A stretch of 63,245 nucleotides of DNA, the filler included, from Asterionella formosa (lineage: Eukaryota): the NCBI GenBank assembly GCA_002256025.1. It is 10 parts of 10 records of this genome, joined end to end, with 100 filler letters (N's around TTAATTAATTAA, not from the genome) between each part and the next. Parts side by side here need not be neighbours in the genome. Positions count along the whole stretch, not along the records: positions 12,705 to 18,955 come from NKIB01012773.1; positions 19,056 to 25,286 come from NKIB01012774.1; 8 more parts are not named here. The stretch is one strand, 5' to 3'. The notes under the pieces were generated by a model. That model ran no database searches, was not told the DNA's origin, and saw nothing but the letters and a program-made list of their open reading frames with translations. The first letter of the stretch is position 1. Every line of letters starts with the position of its first letter. The position numbers and the translations under genes were made by a program. This document shows, piece by piece, positions 12,705-24,700 of this stretch.

Positions 12705-13170
12705 AGGAAAACGCACGCGACATTTCAACATCAAATATTTTTATATTACTGATCTTATTGAAAGAAAGGAAGTACAAATCAAGTACTGTCCATCGGATGC
12801 AATGTTAGCAGACTACATGACGAAACCACTGATTGGAACGAAATTTATTCATTTTCGTCAGGAAATTATGAATTCAAAGTGAGCATCCGTGTCCAGCAGG
12901 AGTGTGTTGGAGAAAATATTTTAGGAAAGAAAATCCCGGTATAAATTACCTACTACATATTGAATCGAATGAATCAAGAAAGAATATGGTCCCAGAGAAT
13001 TCGAAAACAATCTACGCCAACAGTAAAAACCCATAATTCTATTAAAACTCTTAGGAACGATTACAATCGATCACGGAGACATCGTTGTTATATCTACAGC
13101 CTATTTGGTCCCTGACGTGTCCTTACAGGATACAAGAAAGCATATAGTGCTTCGGGACGCAATTTCAACA
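12705..13170 (+). mobile_element. 3' end of a Ty1/copia element: RNase H C-terminus (to 12882), PPT and 266-bp LTR (12905-13170)
   Basis: GKRTRHFNIKYFYITDLIERKEVQIKYCPSDAMLADYMTKPL*, then CAGCAGGAGTG, then TGTTG...CAACA. A close copy lies at 43611-44275 (minus strand). Confidence 0.93.
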
Positions 13171-14551
13171 ATAGCCATTCCCGCTCCACCTATCGTCTTG
13201 CCATTCGAGTACCAGTAGACTACCAGTGCCAGGTACTTCTTATTCATACCCTTGAATTTTAGGTCAAACTGACACCTAAAAAATGGTCGATACAAAATGT
13301 GCATACGAGAATGACTTCTACCTTGGGCGGGCCACACCCATCCATACCTAATACAGAAAGTACTGATAATACGTGCAGGGGATAAAAATTATTGTCAACA
13401 TGTATGAAATATGTTGCACACAATCAATTACATCTCACCATAACTTCATTTCAACCTCAACCAAATGATAGAATTTAGATGAAATGATTCATGAATATTT
13501 AATAGCTAGCTATTAGAAGTGTCAGTACTACTTGTTCTGTTGAATATTGTTGACGACATTCAAAAATGGCATGATTCTTTAGTTGGCTGCTTGAACCAAA
13601 TTGTCTCCCTTGTTCATTTCAATAACTACTAGTAGCAATTTATTAGCATCAAAATTTCAAAATCAGAGTTTCGATGTTAACATTGTAGTATTTAGTAGTA
13701 GATTTATCCATACTGCCAGCTAGTTTGAAAAAGCTTACACATTGTGAGTTTAGCTTCATGCACTCCTTGCATCGCTCATGAAGCCTCAATGATAGGCTTT
13801 TGGAGCGAATTCAATCATCTCTTAAAATTATCAAAGAATCATATTCTTTGTGTGAATTTTTTAACTAACTGATCAGCCTTATCAGCTGGCAACAAATGGT
13901 GGACCCTCAGTGACAAAATTCGCATGACATGGTGATAGAGAATCCAGAAGGCTTGATTCCATTCAACAATCAGAAAAGGCCTGAGTTTAAAACTTGAAGT
14001 CGGCAATTAATAGACGAACACATTCGAAGGGTTTTTCTAGCAATAAGAACAGGATGGTTTATCGATGATAGCTGGCAATCAATTGGGCTTGAATTGGCGA
14101 CGAAAACGACGAAGTATGGCTCTATACTAGGCATGGACAGTAAACAGAACAAATCAGACGACTACATAATCAAACGAACATTTTCATGGCTGTTATGATA
14201 TGATCTAGTCATCAAAATTCTATTTTAAAATCACATTCACTCATGCAACGAGCTGTTAGAATGGTGGTCGCATTACTAACATGCAACTGTCACAACATAT
14301 TACAACCCAACGTTCACTTACAATTTTGCTGCATACTACAAGTAGCTACTTTAGCAAAAATATTTTCCTGGTGTCCCAGACACTGCTAATTACCAAAGTG
14401 GTGCGTACCTGTAGCGAATGTACTTATATCCTCCTACTAAATTGTGTAGTCGACAGTCGGTTTTAAAATTGGTGCTTTGGTTGCACCGAGGTTCTAACTT
14501 CAATGTCTACTATAAGAGCTACTTCTTTGCAGAATGATTCATGTGTGGTTG

Positions 14552-15958
14552 TTAGTCGATCTTTTTCAACTCACTGGGTGACGCTATAACTCGCGGACCC
14601 CACCAACACCCCCGTAAGCGCTCCTTCATCAACTTAACACGTTCCTCGTGCGTTAGAGGACTACCATCCCGTTCGCCACGCAAATCAACAAACTTCCTGG
14701 CAAGAGCATCATAATCGCGGGCAACTGACATGCCAAAAACTTCAAAGGCGTGCGTTTTACGAAAGCAAGAAGCCCGGTTTTCGATATAGCTTTCCCATCG
14801 CTTCTCAACGTGACCAGGATGTTCCGTCCAATGAGCTCCAGGATATTGGTGATGAACCACGTGAGAATCTTCATTAAGTACATTAATAGTTCCATCCAAA
14901 ATCGTAATACTTTGAACATATTCATTTTCTGGATCATTGGGATCCACGAACGCATGCCAGCTCCAATTGACGGCTGCCAAGAGAATACCCGCTTCAAAAA
15001 AAGGAAAGGCAACATAGGCCAAGGAAAACGCAGGACTAACAACGAATCCACAAAGAACAATCCATCCAAGAAACCATGCACTTCCCACAATGACTTTGAA
15101 CACTACCTTCCAGTTTGCCTCTCGAGAAAACTGAGCCACAGTTGAGATGTTGGTGGCGTACAGAAAGTACCGTGGTAAGTATGCAACCCAATTGGCAAAG
15201 TTATCCCGAGGTTTGTCACTGGTTGTTATGACATCAAACTTGTTATTGTTGTATCGATGGTGATTTATGGAGTGGCCATATGCAAAGGTTGCAGGTAAGA
15301 CTCCAAAAAACATGCCGATCCACCAATTAAAGACATTTCGCAGAAAAAAGGACTGATTGTATTTCTTTGCATAGAGGCCAGCTCTGGAATGCCCTTCCTT
15401 GTGGCACAATGTGTATACATATGCAAAGTTCATAAAAAATGGACCAATGCGAAGGAGGTGGTAGGCGAAGACTAGCCAGAGGCACAAGCCATTTTGGTGC
15501 ACATGATAAGCACATGCGAAGAACAAGATTGGCACCAAGCCTCCATAGGCAAATATCGCATTCATCATGTAGGCGTCGTCGGGACGTTTAACAAATTGAG
15601 CATTGAAAGTTTGTGTAGTTCTTGTCAACCAGGGGATGAAAGAGGCAAATAGGAACCCGGAAAGTTCTTTGCCACTATCAACAAAACCTCCTTCAAACTT
15701 GCGATCGATTCCCTCCCAAATCATGCTTGCAAAGACGACAATACCAACAGGAGGACCAACAAAAAGGAGGAGAATGCAACCGCAAAAGAAGCTGACCCAT
15801 TCAGTAGCATTGCGGAAGTCGAGCATGGGGGTTTCATCTCCAACATGTGCTTCAGTAAAGGTAGTACCAGTAGCAGACTTGGCTGGCCCTGACTCAGCAC
15901 TCACGGCGTTTTCATCAGTTACAGCGGACTCCTGCTTCGCTGTAGTTGCGTTGCACAT
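14552..15958 (-). CDS. Membrane fatty-acid desaturase-superfamily protein, 468 aa, substrate unknown
   Basis: Three His boxes (HKEGH, HSINHH, HVVHH) and several hydrophobic segments. No cytochrome b5 HPGG domain. Confidence 0.85.
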   Translation of the reverse strand: MCNATTAKQESAVTDENAVSAESGPAKSATGTTFTEAHVGDETPMLDFRNATEWVSFFCGCILLLFVGPPVGIVVFASMIWEGIDRKFEGGFVDSGKELSGFLFASFIPWLTRTTQTFNAQFVKRPDDAYMMNAIFAYGGLVPILFFACAYHVHQNGLCLWLVFAYHLLRIGPFFMNFAYVYTLCHKEGHSRAGLYAKKYNQSFFLRNVFNWWIGMFFGVLPATFAYGHSINHHRYNNNKFDVITTSDKPRDNFANWVAYLPRYFLYATNISTVAQFSREANWKVVFKVIVGSAWFLGWIVLCGFVVSPAFSLAYVAFPFFEAGILLAAVNWSWHAFVDPNDPENEYVQSITILDGTINVLNEDSHVVHHQYPGAHWTEHPGHVEKRWESYIENRASCFRKTHAFEVFGMSVARDYDALARKFVDLRGERDGSPLTHEERVKLMKERLRGCWWGPRVIASPSELKKID

Positions 15959-16085
15959 GGCTCCCGTTTAGTAGTAGCTTGTATTGCAGCAGTTGCAGAA
16001 TCTAGGAAATGGCAACACAAGACGGGCTACTTTCCGATCTTGCTTGTTCGCTCAATTGTCTTGCGTTAAAAATAAGTTTAAATAT

Positions 16086-17260
16086 AGTACCTGGTACCTG
16101 GTACCGGTATGCATATATTCTTATGTGTGTACTGTACGAGATGAGAACAACATATGTAGCAAGAAATATGGCTGCATTCATACAAGAAACAAGACTATCG
16201 GTACCTGGTAATAGTATGAGCTCTAAGTACCAGACAGACTACGGGTATACGAGCCGTGACGTTCCGCCACGACCCAAACTTGAATCGTTACTTACACACC
16301 TGTACACTTTGCGGGCATTTTCAGAGTCGACATTTTGAGATACACATATATACCGGTATGAATACACAAAAGTACACCGGTAATTGAGCTTGCTCGCAGG
16401 CGCCAACAGTAAATGTGTGATATACATACTACCGGTATACTATGTAGCGGTATGGTACCTGGTACCAGGTGTACCGGGTACAGCACCTGGTATCCTGATA
16501 CCGGTTTATTGATACCGGTAGGTATAAGCTGGTTCTGGTATATATATACAGGTAGAGTACCTCGTACCTTGTACCTGGCACCTGGACCTGTTACAAGGTG
16601 AGGGAGTACCTGATACCCTGCTACTGTTACCTACCAGGTACCAGGAACCTCTCATCCTCGATCGTAGAAAAAAAGCAACATTTCAAGACCATGTAGGAGT
16701 ACCATGTACCGGTATATGTGTGTGCAAAGTATACCAAGTACAATACCCGGTACCTGGTACCTGGTACTCTACCATTATATATATACAAAGACACATCACA
16801 GAATGTCAGGAACCTTTAATGGGATCCCTAGCAAATCGACTATTTCGTAAATGATGGGGTAAATCCCCGATTCTATATAGCTCCTCATGCTCATGAAACA
16901 TGGTCAACGAACACAAGAATCCGAGCAAAGCATTCAATTCTACCTTGTATGTACTGTATGGGATGCCATGAAGTATTTTCCCTTCCAAGCAGCCATTCAT
17001 ATTTACTCCTACATGTCTAGTGTATACATGTATGTATAAACACCTATGTAGGCATTCATGTATTTTTACATGGGCTGAAAGGCAATGGATGACATGATCA
17101 TGACGGCATCATCATATAACTAGTGCTAATAATACCAGGGTGGGATAACCTTACAGTACTACCTGGCACCATGGTACTGGGGTATACTCCTAGCACATAT
17201 CTGGTACTGGTTCCAGCTATCAGGGGTATCAGGTACCATCAGGTAAAGCCCACCTGCTAC
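16086..17260. repeat. Dense TA-CCWGG-TA / TA-CCGG-TA cluster upstream of the desaturase-like gene
   Basis: For example GTACCTGGTACCTGGTACCGGTA at about 16087 and GGTACCTGGTACCAGGTGTACCGGGTA at about 16454. Confidence 0.85.
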
Positions 17261-18955
17261 CAGTAAAAAACTGCCATGACCCATTGAGTTAGGGTGTTTG
17301 TTTGACTTCTCCGAGCGACTAGGGGTAAATTCTATCGAATTTCGGACCCATCTGTTCGATAGTGTGAGAACAGCATTGATCAATCAAGCTGTTGTGTTGA
17401 AATTCTAATCGAACGATTACATCAGAAGATACAATGATGCATAATAAAACAGCTAAGAAGTGATTTCAATGGGTCATGGTAGTATATACTTTTTCTCGAT
17501 AAATGTATATAAATTTATTTACATTTTCGAGGACGGATTAGGTCAGCCATGTGTTAGCACACCTATATTTCATTATACCTTTTCACTAAAACATACATTT
17601 ATGATGCCGCACCTTCCACCACCATCATGATGTTCCTCCGACTTTCAAGTCCAATGGTCAGATCATTGCGATCCCATTGGCCACAGCATCACCTGCATCT
17701 TCAGCAGCATGATGCTGAGGATCAGGAAGCTGTGCTGCAGCAAGTGCATTTCGTGGAATCTGCTCCCCGCAATGATGGCAAGTGATGATGTACCTTTGAA
17801 GCAGCTGTTGCCTTGTATTTGGTACTGGTGCATCACCCTCACGTTTATACCAAATTACAAGAGTTCTGAGGTCAGTCACATTGTAAGAAGATTCAATCAG
17901 CTTTCCAGTTGCTCTCCCAGCATCAAACTTGTCCACTATTTTTTGAAATCGATTATTTGCTTTCTTTTCCTTTTCGTCTTGTGCAAGCTGTTGTATTTTC
18001 ATACTTGTTTTGCATGATCCCAAAGTTCTGGACCAAGTCGACAGTTACCAGCAGCAAAGTGTAGTCCAGCAGTAATCCTTTTGTGTTGATCTATTGCAGC
18101 CTGCGCTGTTTCCTTCCGTTTGCTTCCTTGCATGATCATCAGCATCTATTCCATTCCTTGCATCTTCACTCTTGAGAAAGGCAACAATTTTTTCTGTCAA
18201 TGACCCAGAATATCCGTCTGTCTGATTCAGCATTTCAGGAGTTACATTCGACTTGGTTGTGGTTCCAGCAAGTGAAGAATTGAGTTGAGTGCTTGTATTC
18301 TGTGTTTCCGCAGTGAGCAGAAGGTTATAGTTTAGAGGCCCCCATCCTCGTTCTGAGACTGCTTTTCTGTTTGTTCTTTTATTTGCAAAGCTTTTTCCCC
18401 AGGCAGTTGAAACAAGGGCTCAAGCAAGGGCAACAATGTCAGATTTCTCAATAGCAAAAGGCAAATCATGTTCAGTCTTTTCGGTAAGTAGGTCTCACTT
18501 TGCAATTGTCAGTTCCATTTTGAAACTTCCATTCTACTCCGACAAATCTCCGACTTGCCAGTAGGAGGTTCCGTAAGGGACACCTATACACACACTCCAT
18601 GGGGTCAAAGGGCTGTTGATATATTTGAGAAAGGAGCAATCGAATCTGGAGCCATGTCCATCTAGGATGAGGAAAGGGTTTATTCCATCACTGTGGTCAA
18701 ACAATTCCAAAAAATCCATTTGGGCCAACATTCTCACCAACATTTCTGCAGTAATGCTTCCTGATTCCGAACAACAACACAAAGTGGGCGCATGCTTCCC
18801 ATTTAACACACACACAGAGGTCCCTGGGCTGGGGATATCGCTTTCCTTTGCCAGTGTTTAGGTTGAAGTTGTCCTCATTGCCATGCCATTCCACAAACGG
18901 GTTAATCCCCTGTACCCAACAAAGTTCAAGCTCTTTGCCTTGGCAGCGAATATTA
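17260..18955 (-). mobile_element. DDE_1 (pogo/Fot1-like) DNA transposon, 3' half with terminal repeat; transposase pseudogene
   Basis: ESGSITAEML...PFLILDGHGSRF...VCIGVPYGTSYWQVGD, and C-terminal KRITAGLHFAAG and LRTLVIWYKREGD, with stops and frameshifts. The terminus TA|CCAGTAAAAAACTGCCATGACCCA matches 30558 at 21/24 positions. Confidence 0.85.
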
Positions 18956-19055
18956 NNNNNNNNNNNNNNNNNNNNNNNNNNNNNNNNNNNNNNNNNNNNT
19001 TAATTAATTAANNNNNNNNNNNNNNNNNNNNNNNNNNNNNNNNNNNNNNNNNNNN
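18956..19055. other. Artificial contig linker
   Basis: N44-TTAATTAATTAA-N44. Confidence 0.98.
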
Positions 19056-19519
19056 TTCCATTTTTGATCTTGGCATGTACACCTTGATGTCGGATGAACC
19101 GTGCCTAATCCCTGGCCAGTGTATTCAACCAAACCTGGAAGTGGTCCAGACGTAGGCTCACAAGTCTGAGTGCCAAACATACTCATGAAAGAGTCATGAT
19201 TGCCTCTCGAAGTACAAAAGCTGCCCTCTACGGGGAGTTCACCATTGGGAAAGACACGTTTTTTCAAATAGAGCTTCGAAAAAGTCTGTTTATACTGGCG
19301 CCACCATGGTGGTTCCACCCAGCCGCCATTTTCGATAGGAGCAAGGATACGCTCAGGAGCATCAATAGTGTGTAGTTCATTTATTTCAGCCCTGGAATCG
19401 TCTACTGTTGCCGCAGCAGTAATGTTGCGAAGACCATGGGAGTACTCTTCGGCGACGCAGACCGCAACATGGCTTATGAGCAGAGCCGAAGTAGCAATCA
19501 GAATAGAAAAGGGACGCAT
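19056..19519 (-). CDS. Secreted Cys-containing hypothetical protein, 3'-truncated by contig end
   Basis: Signal-peptide-like MRPFSILIATSALLISHVAVCVA, followed by a C...FGTQTC...CTC...W motif. Confidence 0.65.
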
Positions 19520-19918
19520 ATTGTTTTTCTTGCCTACTTAGTTCACATTTTTGGCGTCAAGGAGCTCAATCCGAGCAAGCATGCCTTTTAACAGCACCTT
19601 GACTCTGTCCTTTTTGTCAAAGTTTTGCCGCCAAAGTACCGGTACCGTATGCAAGTACCAATACATCATCACGCAAGCAAAAATGGGAAGATTTCTAAGG
19701 GGGCGGACGAGGCAATTGTCATCATGATTTGCGTTGTTATAGGTATCTATCTGAATCAAGTTTTGCAACGGACACCATTGATATACTTTTTCATCCCCGC
19801 TATCTGAAATTCAAGTTATCCTTAAATGGTATATTAAAAGCGAGCGAGCACATTCGGTATCAAAATTTTGGAATTCGTATAATGTTGAAATATATAGCGC
19901 CTCCTCTAGCGCGCTCCA

Positions 19919-19992
19919 GTACTGCCCTGGAATGACAGGTCAAGATCTTTCTCGCGCCATTCGTTTTGCATATTATTCTGCTATATAAATTC
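19919..19992. repeat. Short dispersed repeat (probable TE end); inverted copy at 30481-30551
   Basis: GTACTGCCCTGGAATGACAGGTCAAGATCTTTCTCGCGC matches the reverse complement of 30513-30551 at 38/39 positions. Similarity continues through ATTATTCTGCTA. Confidence 0.8.
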
Positions 19993-19994
19993 TA

Positions 19995-21758
19995 AAGTGG
20001 AATCTCCCTATAAGATACACTCCCTATGGGATACACCCTCTATATAAGATACACTTTTCTCAATGAAGCAACCCCAAATTTGGAAATCCTTGTAAGGGAC
20101 CCTCTCTATACGATACACCCTCCTCCGTTAGATACACTTCTTCTAAAAAAATGGTTATTCTGACCTCCTTATAACATAAAAATGAGCACCGCACAGTCTG
20201 CACTCAGTTTGAGCCAGTAGTTTTTACCAGGTACATGGGACCTGGTACCGGGACCAGGTACCAGGTACCTATTTTGCATGCTTTGATCATCTCAATCACT
20301 GCTGAGGACTGACAATCTTCAGTACTACTACGTGCGTAGGCAGGTGATTGAAGCATAGTATGTAGTGATGTACCACATTGTCGATGATCTGGTGGTACCA
20401 TGGTACTATCACTTGTGACATTACTTGTTTATGACACCATTTATAATAATTTTTAGTTTTATACTTATCTGAAATGAACTTTGATCATTTCTTGTCCATT
20501 TGCTTCCATTCTTTCACTCATTTCAATCTCCAAGATTCAGACATCATCGCCATTGGGAACTGAAGGAACTAATGTGAAGGTCATGTTGGAAATGAAGTTA
20601 AAGCATAAAAGTGTTTCCATTGATACAAAAATAGCAGCAATAAAGCTGCTTGGTGAAGGGAATAGTGTTAGAGAAGTTGCTTTTAAACTTGCCGTAAGCA
20701 TTGGAACTGTTCAAAAAGCAAAGAAAAGGAAGGAGGACTTCCTGATGGAAGGTGAATTGATGTGATCAATGAAAATGGCTTGCCTTAATAGCGGTACGGA
20801 AATCAACACAGTATCATGGAGATGGTTTTGTAGTGCTTGCGCAAATGGATATCCAATTAGTGGACCCATCCTATGAAGCAAAGCTTTATTGATTGCCAAA
20901 GCATTCAAAGCAGAAAATAATTTTAAGGCATCTATTGGCTGGCTTGAAAAATGGAAGAAAAGACACAATGTCAAATCCTATGCTATTTGCGGAGAGTCTG
21001 GGAATGTAGACATGATTGATAAGGCTGAAAAATGGAAAGCTTTCTTGGCTAGTTTGTGTTATGAATATATCCCAGCCGACATTTTCAACATGGATGAGAC
21101 TGGATACTTTGATCATGCTCTCCCCAATTCAACACTCAATCAAGTATCAAAATCACGCAAAGGATGAAAATTAGCAAAGGATCGAGTTACAGTTGCTTTG
21201 GCATGCAGTACAGCTACGGAAAAGCTGCAGCCGCTGATAATTGGGAAATCCAAGAAGCCTCATTGTTTTCGAGAGATTGAATTGAGCCGCCTTGGAGTTC
21301 TTTGCAAGTCAAATAGCGAAAAATGGATGACAAATCATATTTTCAATGAGTATCTATTGGATTTGAATGTATAAATTGCTTCTCAGAAAAGGAAGATTCT
21401 TTTATTCTTAGATAACGCCCCTGTCCACATTGTTGATGAGGAAACAAGCTCAAGGCTAACACATGTTAAGGTTTAATTCTTCCCTCCAATTTTGACAAGT
21501 TTGTTGCAATGGTTGCCTGGGGAAGTGTTATGACTAAAACAATTCAAAAATGATTTAAAGCATGTGGGTTTGATAAAGTATGTGATGAAGAAAATGTATC
21601 AGTACCAGAGGAAACTGAAAATGGCTGATGGAAAGGCTTGAGGAAGTTGATGTTCTTTATGTAGTACAAGATTGTATTGGCGAATATGCAATCCCATGTG
21701 CCGAGACTTTAATTGCAAATTTGGTTGCTGAATATATTGATGAAGGGGATGAGGAGGA
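19995..21758 (+). mobile_element. pogo/Tigger (CENP-B-like) DNA transposon; transposase pseudogene at about 20583-21560
   Basis: Left end TA|AAGTGGAATCTCCCTATAAGATACAC with five GATACAC subterminal repeats. Protein motifs: HTH region, FKASIGWLEKWKKRH, IFNMDETG, KDRVTV, LIIGKSKKP, ILLFLDNAPVH. In-frame stops and an internal deletion. Confidence 0.9.
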
Positions 21759-24700
21759 TGACAGCCCTTATTATGCCAATAGAAGAATCGCTACACCGCA
21801 GCATGACTCGCCATCAATCAACTGCCAAAAGAGACCCAACCACATCCGCTTGGACCCAATCCGGCAGCAAGTTACAAATCGAATCGTCAATACAAAAATG
21901 AAAAAGGGGGGACCCGGAAACCCATCAGATGCTTTAATACCACAGCCTTACCATCACACGTACGTCAAACATTTAAATACCCAATGATAATGCACCCCTG
22001 GCACCAGGGAGCAAGGGCACATGAGAAATGCATAGTTCTCACACTCCCTTATTCGAGCAGGCAACTTGCGCCAAATCAAGAACACTACCAACGTTGCAAA
22101 GCTTTGCGATGACGCAGAAAAGCCGCCAACGGGAGCGGCTTGGTGAACATGTCAGCCACTTGATGCTGCGTATCGACATGCTCTATAAATATGAGCTTTC
22201 TTCGAACATAATCACGGAAATGATGGTACTTAATGTTGATGTGCTTGGTGCGGGGACGCATCTTGGGAGTGCGAGCTAATTCCAACGCACCGGAATTATC
22301 CTCAAATAGTGTGCAACGAACGGCAGGCACCGAAATCACATCGTGATCAAGTTTTCGCTTGACTTCTTCCAGCAATTGCATCAACGGAATGGTATCTTGC
22401 AATGACTGACTTAGACACACATACTCTGCCTCAGTGGTGGATAGAGCCACCTCTGTCTGCAATTTGGAAGCCCACAGCACCGGGCAGGAAGCGTACGTAA
22501 TTGCATACCCTGAGCGGGATTTGGCCGTCATTGTGTCACTAATGCTTGTCTCTTTGTTCCAATTTCCACAGAAATCCAAGTGATCATCGGGATGCAGGAG
22601 AATACCTTGGTGGGATGTGCCAATGAGGTAACGCACAATATTTCGGACTGCCACCGCGTGGGAGGCCTTCGGATTGGCAGAGAAGCGGGCGTACTGATGT
22701 AACGCATACGCAATATCCAGGCGAGTCGATTTCTCAAGGAAGTTCAGTTTTCCAATAACCGAGTGATAGGACCAATATTCCGAAAAATCATCTCCATCAA
22801 GATCCCTCTGCAATATCACAGTGGACGATGCTGGAACGCCCTTGGACTTGGTCTTGTTGGTAAAACCAATGTTGTCGGCAATGGAGGCAATCAGGTGTGG
22901 CTGTGTTAACGATATGATGGAGTCAACAGGAGAGGAAGTCACCTTAATACCCAGATAATCCGAGATGTCTCCTTTGTCGGTCAAGTTAAAAATCGACCGT
23001 ATGAGCTCGATGCATTCATCAATCAACTTTGACTCTGGGCTTATGAAAATTCCATCATCTACATAGACCATAAATATAGTCCTTCCTCTATAGTAGATAC
23101 ACTTGTCAGCATCACTCTGTACGAAACCAATACCCAGTAGCCCCTTAGTCAAATGCAAGGACCAAGTACGACCTGCCTGTCTCTGACCATAAATGTTCTT
23201 CAGAATCTTGAGACAATGACCATTCCGACCTCCTTCCGGTAGCTCAAACCCATGCGGTATTTCCATATATAAGTCGCACTCCACATTGGCCTGCGGGTAT
23301 GCAAGTGTAAAATCTATCTGCCTGGTACTCCATCCATGCATTAAGGACAGGACCAACATAAAGCGGATGGGTGGCCATGACAGGGTAGCCGCATAGGTCT
23401 CCCAGTAGTTCACCCCATGTTCCTGTTTCCCGCCATGTAGATTTGGCCTGGCCTTCCACTTGTACACCTCCCTTGAGGCTATCCGGCGTTTCCTCTTCAT
23501 AGCCCACACACATGGCAGAATTTCGGTTCTGAGTGGCATGGCTGACTTCGGAATCACCTTCCAATGTTGATTATTGTGATGCGCCATGACCTCGGCTTCC
23601 ATGGCGGCTATAAATTGCTTTCTGTCTGGCTCCCTTAGAGCCTGGTCGGCGCGTAATGTATAAGGATCGGATGATCTCGCTGCAAATGCAATTGGGTCTT
23701 CCATCATAACCTGCTGCAGGTGATACTCTTCATCCCCATCCACATTCTCGAGCACCGATGCCTTGCACAGCAGGCCCTGTTCAAAACTCTCTTGTAGCCG
23801 GTGTGACGGCTTGTGTCGTTGTGACCAACGCACTCCTGAAGAGGCGGACTCCCGTGACGCAAGGAGTGGGAGTCCCGCCCCGGTTTCCTCCAGCATCACC
23901 TCAGAAGTATCCAGGAGAGCCTCATGTGGGACCCCATCCTCATTCACGACTGGAACAACCAGGGGTGGCGGTCCCTGTGGGGAGAGGAGGAGAGGGAGCG
24001 GGAAAATCTCTTGACTTAAACTGTCCGCGACGACCGGCTTGGCGCGCCCTCGTGATCCTTTGGCTCCGGACGACTTCTCGGAGAAATGCGTGGCGGAGAG
24101 CCAGCCAATCTCATATACGTCCTCCTTGGTTCCCACGGTTTCGAAGAGGTCGTCGAACGCAACATGAAATTGCGGTGACACCAGCCCCGTCGATATGTTT
24201 AACACTAGAGCAACGGACGGTGCATGCTGTGGGGACTGCCCTAGATACAAGCCTACCCTTGCTCTCTTAAACCACTTAGGTATGTGTTTCCCGGCAGCCA
24301 GCTCGTTAGACAGAACGTACGTAGGGCACCCAAAAGGGCGAAATGACCCCAACTTAGGGGACACGTCAGTCCGGGAAAACACGCTTGCGGCGGACCTTCC
24401 GTCCACACGACGCGGAGCGCTAATAAGTGCATCATTAGCCGTACGCAGTGCATATGGCCACAAGCAATTCGACATGACTCGTGGCCATCGGGCAGTGGCG
24501 TGCAATAACGCAGTACGCGCCAAGTCCTGTACCGGTAAGTCCCTACCGGTAATTCGTTTCTCTGCCACACCATTTTGAAAATGTGCGTTGACACCTCAAT
24601 ACGAAATTCTCTGGCGCTGCTCGGCAATGTCCTGCAAGAACAGCGTGTCCGCAAATCGACCGTTGTCAGCATGGTAGTGAATCACCTTCACGCCGTGTGA

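Noticed and set aside
24596..24598. In-frame TGA at a Cys position as selenocysteine or an alternative genetic code
   Set aside because: The element has other lesions (RNase H motif deletion, insertions), and host genes use the standard code with TGA as stop.
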